From the NCBI GenBank assembly GCA_963717665.1, contig OY970348.1, forward strand, positions 2,532,498-2,596,497: DNA of 64,000 nucleotides, given 5' to 3'. Positions 59,354 to 64,000 of this stretch are shown here, piece after piece. This DNA comes from an uncultured Solirubrobacteraceae bacterium (lineage in GTDB: Bacteria > Actinomycetota > Thermoleophilia > Solirubrobacterales > Solirubrobacteraceae). Positions within the stretch are counted from its first letter, which is position 1; every line of letters begins with the position of its first letter. The notes beneath the pieces are model-generated. The model saw only the letters and a program-made list of their open reading frames with translations, had not been told where the DNA came from and ran no database searches. The position numbers and the translations under genes were made by a program.

Positions 59354-61200
59354 GAGCCAGACCGCCGCGCCCCGAGGCGAGGTCGACCCGGTGCTGCTGG
59401 CGGTGCTCGCGCAACCGCTTCGAGGCGATCGTCCGCGAGATGACCAACACGCTGTTTCGCACCGGGCGCTCGTCGGTGCTCAACATGGCCCGCGACTTCT
59501 CCTGCTCGATCGTCACCGCCGACGACGAGCTGCTCGCCGCCGCCGAGGGCCTGCAGGTGCACGTGCTCGGCGCCGGCCTGCAGACGCGCTCGATGCGCGA
59601 GCTGCACCCCGACCTGCGCCGAGGGCGACGCCTTCCTCCACAACGACCCCTACCTCGGCAACACGCACACCGCCGACCACACGATCCTGGTGCCGGTCTT
59701 CGTCGAGCGGCGAGCACCTGTTCACCGCCTCCGCCAAGGCCCATCAGGCCGACTGCGGCAACTCCGACCCGAGCACCTACATGCCCTTCGCGCGCGACGT
59801 CTACGAGGAGGGCGGGCTCGACGTTCCCGTGCGTGCAGGTGCAGCGCGACTACGAGGACGTCGACGACATCATCCGCATGTGCCGGCGCGCGGATCCGCG
59901 TGCCCGACGTGTGGTACGGCGACTACCTGGCCGCGGTCGGCGCGGCGCGGATCGGCGAGCGCCGGGTCAAGGAGCTCGTCGAGCGCTACGGCGTCGAGAC
60001 GCTGCGCGCGTTCGTCACCGAGTGGCTCGACTACTCCGAGCGCGGATGGACCAGGCGATCGCGCGAGCTGCCCGCGCCAGCGCCTGCACGCCGGCGGTCA
60101 CGCACGACCCGATGCCGGGGCTGCCCGAGGGCGTCGACGGTCAACGTCGACGTCGAGATCGAGCCCGAGCAGGGCCGCGGATCGAGGTCGACCTGCGCGA
60201 CAACGTCGACTGCATCGCCCTTCGGCCTCAACCTCTCCGAGGACTGCGCGCGCGGCGGCGCGATGATCGCGCGTGCTTCAACTGCCTGGCCGACGGACGT
60301 GCCGCACAACGCCGGCAGCTTCCGCCGCGTCGAGGTGCTGCTCCGCGAGGGCTCGATCGTCGGCGGCCTGGTCGAGCCCGCACTCGGCCTCGATGGCGAC
60401 GACGAACGTGCTCAACCGGCTCATCAACGCGGTCGCAGAGCGCCTTCTGCCAGCTCGGCGACGGCCAGGGCCTGGCCGAGGGCGGCCGGGGCGATGGGCG
60501 TCGGCTTCGCCGTCTTCTCCGGCACCGACCCCGGCACCGGCGAGCCCTTACGTCAATCGAGCTCGTGATCGGCAACAACGGCGGCCCGGCCTCGCCGCAC
60601 GGCCGACGGCTGGATCACCTACGCGATGCCCGACTGCGCGAAGACGATCTACATCGACAGCGTCGAGGTGCTCGAGCAGAAGTACCCGCTGCGGTTCCGC
60701 TCGCTGCGGCTGCTCGCCGACAGCGGCGGCGCCGGGCGCCACCGCGGCGGCCCCGCCTAGCGAGATGGTCTACGGCCCGCCGGCGACGCCGATGCAGCGT
60801 CTTCTACTTCGCCGACTTCGCGCGCCACCCGCCGACGGGCGTGCGTCGGCGGGCTGCCCGGCGCGGCCGCCTCGGCGCAGCGAGATCGCAGTCGACGGCA
60901 CTGAGCAGCAGCGTCGAGCCGATCGGCGACTCGCTGCTCGAGCCCGGCGAGTGGATCCGCGGCGTCGAGGCCGGCGGCGGCGGCTACGGCGATCCGCTCG
61001 AGCGCGAGCCCGAGGCCGTCCTCGGGGACGTGCTCGAGGGCTGGGTCACGCCGCGGGCGGCGCGCGAGGTGTACGGGGTCGTGCTCGTCGAGCAGGGCGG
61101 CGAGGGCGGGGGCGTCGCGAGCTACACGATCGATCCGCCCGCCACCGAGGCGCTGCGCGCGCAACTGCGCGAGCGCCGTGAGGCCGCCGGGCACGGCTGA
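59344..61200 (+). CDS. Second hydantoinase B/oxoprolinase subunit (heavily frameshifted)
   Basis: MTNTLFRTGRS..LNMARDFSC, HNDPYLGNTH, KAHQADCGN, WYGDY, GGGGYGDP. Confidence 0.85.
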
Positions 61201-61222
61201 TCCGTACGTACGCGTACGTGCC

Positions 61223-61272
61223 TTGCGTCATGCTCGACGCGCCGTTATGCTGTAAACCAACCAGTCGATATG
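61223..61272 (+). promoter_or_regulatory. Sigma70-type promoter plus operator
   Basis: TTGCGT-N17-TATGCT, then TAAACCAA-CCAG-TCGATATG. Confidence 0.7.
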
Positions 61273-61358
61273 CAAAAACGTAGGCTGACCAACTGGCAAC
61301 CCACCTGCCGGCCCGTCAAGGGAGCGACGGTCCGGTCCACCAATAGAGCGAGGTCGAT

Positions 61359-62645
61359 GTGTCCGAGGGCGAGCTGACGGCGATCGAGCAGGCTTATCTG
61401 GCGCGAACCGAGCGATCGGCGGCGCTGATGGAGCGCGCCGGCTCCTCGATGCCCTCGGGGATCACGCGCACGCTCGCGTGGTTCGCCCCTTATCCGGTCG
61501 TGTTCGAGCGCGGCAGCGGCGCGAGCGTGTTCGACGTCGACGGCAACCGCTACCTCGACATGTTCAGCAACGGCCTCAGCCTGATGCACGGGCACGCGTA
61601 CGGCCCGATCGAGCAGGCGCTGCGCGAGGCGCTCTCGCGCGGGACCGCCTGGCCGGGCGCCTCCGACGCGCAGGTCGAGTTCGCCGAGCTCCTGTGCGCG
61701 CGCATCCCGGGCGCCGAGCAGGTGCGCTTCACCAACACCGGCACCGAGGCGACGATGCTCGCCGTCAAACTCGCCCGCTTTCTCAGCGCTCGCCCGGTCG
61801 TGATCAAGGCCTGGGACGCCTACCACGGCTCCTACGACGATCTCGAGGTCGGGCTGCAGGGGCAGGACGAGGACCCCGGCCGCGTCGCGCTCGCGACATT
61901 CGGCGAGATCGACAGCTACGCCGCTGCGCTGCAGCGCAACGCCGGCAGGGTCGCCGCGATCATCGTCGAGCCCGTCCAGTACACCGGCGTCGTCACCCCG
62001 CCGCCTGATGGCTTCCTCGACGAGTTGCGCGAGCTGGCGCGTCGCGCGGGCGTGCTCTACGTGCTCGACGACTGCCTCATGTCGCGCCTGGCCGAGGGCG
62101 GCTCGACCGAGCGCTTCGGCGTTGCTGCCCCCGACATCACGTGCCTCGGCAAGTGGGTCGGCGGTGGGCTGCCCGTCGGCGCGATCACCGCGAGCAGGGA
62201 GCTGATGGCTCCGTTCGACCTCCTCGACGGCGGCTCGCTTTACCACGGCGGCTCCTTCAACGGCAACCTGCTCGGCTCGGTCGCCGGTCAGATCGCCGTG
62301 CGCGACCTGACCGCCGTCGAGATCGCCCGCATCGACGCGCAGGCCGAGCGGCTTCGCTCAGGCCTCGAGCAGGCCGCGCGCGAGCTCGGCGTGCCGATCC
62401 GCGCGCAGGGCGTTGGCTCCGCATTCGGCCTCTACGTGCTCGACCGGCCCGACGGCGAGATCGACTGGAAGGCCACGCACCTGCTGCACCTCGCCGCCAT
62501 CAACCACGGCGTCTACTACGGGACCGGTGGCGAGTTTGGGATCTGCACCGCCTTCGGGGATGAGGAGATCGAGGAGGCCAGCGCCGGGCTGGAGAGCGCG
62601 ATCGCCGATCTTGCGCGTGAGCGCGCCGTCGTCGGGGCGCTCTGA
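61359..62645 (+). CDS. Class III PLP aminotransferase (GSA-aminomutase-like)
   Basis: DVDGNRYLD, RFTNTGTEAT, YHG, IVEPV, LGKWVGGGLPVGA, HGGSFNGN. Confidence 0.9.
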   Translation: MSEGELTAIEQAYLARTERSAALMERAGSSMPSGITRTLAWFAPYPVVFERGSGASVFDVDGNRYLDMFSNGLSLMHGHAYGPIEQALREALSRGTAWPGASDAQVEFAELLCARIPGAEQVRFTNTGTEATMLAVKLARFLSARPVVIKAWDAYHGSYDDLEVGLQGQDEDPGRVALATFGEIDSYAAALQRNAGRVAAIIVEPVQYTGVVTPPPDGFLDELRELARRAGVLYVLDDCLMSRLAEGGSTERFGVAAPDITCLGKWVGGGLPVGAITASRELMAPFDLLDGGSLYHGGSFNGNLLGSVAGQIAVRDLTAVEIARIDAQAERLRSGLEQAARELGVPIRAQGVGSAFGLYVLDRPDGEIDWKATHLLHLAAINHGVYYGTGGEFGICTAFGDEEIEEASAGLESAIADLARERAVVGAL

Positions 62646-62665
62646 GCTCAGCCCTGGGCCGGTCT

Positions 62666-63055
62666 TCAGACCCGCACCACAGGGACCGCGTCGGCGAAGT
62701 CCGAGAAGTCGGCGTCTTGAGTCCAGACCTCGGCGCCGTTGGCGAGCGCCGTTGCGGCTATCCAAGTGTCGTGCACGCGTGGCTTGCGACCTTCCTCGAG
62801 GACGTTCGCTGCGAGCTGGGCATACGCCGAGGCGGTGCGCTCGTCGATAGGGAGCGCGCCGGCGAGCGACCGGACCTCCGTCAACGTCTGCAGCCGCTGG
62901 CCGCGCGTCCCGGAGTCGCGCGCCATCAAGACGCCGAGCTCGAGCTCGGCGATCGAGACCACCGAAACGGCGACGTCGTCTGGCAGTGGACGCTCGAGCG
63001 CTCGCGCCTGCTCGCGCGCGATCAGCACTGACGTGTCGAGGACGGCTCGGCTCAC
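62666..63055 (-). CDS. vapC: VapC PIN-domain toxin
   Basis: VLDTSVLIA, SIAEL, HDTWIAATA, TQDADF acidic residues intact. Confidence 0.92.
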   Translation of the reverse strand: MSRAVLDTSVLIAREQARALERPLPDDVAVSVVSIAELELGVLMARDSGTRGQRLQTLTEVRSLAGALPIDERTASAYAQLAANVLEEGRKPRVHDTWIAATALANGAEVWTQDADFSDFADAVPVVRV

Positions 63056-63294
63056 TCGGCCTCGACGGTCTGCTCTCGCAGCACGGCCAGGTCGTCGAGT
63101 AGCCCCGCATCGGCCGGTGCCTCACGTAGCAAGCGTTCCATCGCCGCACCGGAGGCCCACGTCGTCCTTTGAAGTGGCCCGAGCTGCGCGACGGGACGCC
63201 GGCTGACGGTCACCTGCATCCTCTCGCCGGCCTCGGCACGGCGCAAGACGCTAGCCATGTGATTGCGCAGATCGCGTGCAGAAACCTCGGCCAT
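63052..63294 (-). CDS. Phd/YefM-family antitoxin
   Basis: VSARDLRNH...VLRRAEAGE...VTV..RPVAQL; overlaps the vapC start. Confidence 0.9.
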   Translation of the reverse strand: MAEVSARDLRNHMASVLRRAEAGERMQVTVSRRPVAQLGPLQRTTWASGAAMERLLREAPADAGLLDDLAVLREQTVEAE

Positions 63295-63372
63295 GCACAC
63301 ATCGTAGCATCAGTGCTACGAGCAGCTCGAATCGGTACCGCGTGCGTTCTCTCGTGGGTGCAATGTGGTTGG

Positions 63373-64000
63373 TCACGTGTTGCATGAACTGAAGACCGAC
63401 TTCGCGCGCTCGTCGTGCATGAACCCGAGCGACCCCTCGGTGGGCGACGGCGCCTCGTACTCCAATCCGACGGCGCCGTCGTAACCGGACGCGCGCAGCT
63501 GCTCGAGCAGCTCCCAGATCGGCAGCGCTCCGGTCCCAGGCGCGCCGCGCCCAGGATGGTCTGAGAGCTGCACGTGCCCGATCCATTCGTGGTGGCGTTC
63601 GATCGCGCGAGCAGGATCATCGCCGGAGCGAGCGACGTGGTAGAGGTCGAGCAGCAGGCCCAGTTGCTCGGCGTGCTCGGCTCCGGCCGCCTCGATCAGC
63701 TCGACCGCAGCATCCGGGGTGGGCGCGAGGAAGCCGGGGTTCTCGATCTCGTTGATCGGCTCGAGCAAGATGCGCAGTCCATGCTCTCCCGCCACGGGAG
63801 CAAAAGACCGGAGGGCCGAGACGATCGCCGCCCGCTGACGCGACTCGGCCACGCCCGGCAGCGCTCGACCGACGAGCAGGTTGAGGTTGGGCGCACCGGT
63901 GGCCACGGCCAGCTCGACGGCTTCGGCGAAGCCGGCCTCGGCCTCCTCACGCCGCGTGTCGTCGTTGACGAAGCCGCGCTCGCCGGCAGCCGTGTCGCCT
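63373..64000 (-). CDS. Hydroxypyruvate isomerase/xylose isomerase-like TIM barrel (5' end outside the window)
   Basis: LLEPIN, LLDLYH, GHVQLSD.PGRGAPGTG, GYDGAVGLEY. Confidence 0.85.
   Translation of the reverse strand, partial: GDTAAGERGFVNDDTRREEAEAGFAEAVELAVATGAPNLNLLVGRALPGVAESRQRAAIVSALRSFAPVAGEHGLRILLEPINEIENPGFLAPTPDAAVELIEAAGAEHAEQLGLLLDLYHVARSGDDPARAIERHHEWIGHVQLSDHPGRGAPGTGALPIWELLEQLRASGYDGAVGLEYEAPSPTEGSLGFMHDERAKSVFSSCNT

Noticed and set aside
61206-61219. Perfect 14-bp palindrome ACGTACGCGTACGT upstream of the aminotransferase promoter
   Set aside because: It is a single low-complexity occurrence and its spacing differs from the TetR operators at 176-213, so no function can be supported.
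61359-62645. Calling this hemL
   Set aside because: It has no heme-biosynthesis context and carries the catabolic regulon operator, so only the family-level call is supported.

Overview
High-GC actinobacterial DNA; the gene style suggests Solirubrobacterales/Thermoleophilia (inference). The window has about 60 recognisable genes. Several blocks (3.6-8.2, 21.5-25, 28.8-32.3 and 55-61 kb) are broken by dense single-base indels, most likely long-read assembly errors. Contents, left to right: a TetR-divergent secreted multidomain hydrolase; a benzoylformate-decarboxylase/FAD-FeS dehydrogenase pair; c-di-GMP enzymes, including an HD-GYP protein fused to a degenerate cobalamin-binding domain; tRNA-Phe; an Efe-like iron uptake operon with tandem DtxR/IdeR-type boxes and no EfeB; a MarR-MMPL-ABC export cluster; a decayed tRNA-Pro with integrase-arm-like repeats opening an atypical island (about 32.7-39.1 kb); and a catabolic region of about 23 kb (family-5 ABC importer, BKACE, MaoC hydratase, two hydantoinase/oxoprolinase AB pairs, class III aminotransferase) that shares a BetI-like TetR operator found at four promoters. 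The two best candidates for an undescribed system are (1) a type IV TA-like pair whose AbiEi-type antitoxin carries an extra domain of about 260 aa, coupled to an AbiEii-like nucleotidyltransferase (36129-38796), and (2) a two-gene insert pairing a YwgA/Panacea(SocA)-like protein with a Thr1 proteasome-beta-like Ntn protease (48823-50112). All family calls come from motif recognition only; no database searches were run.
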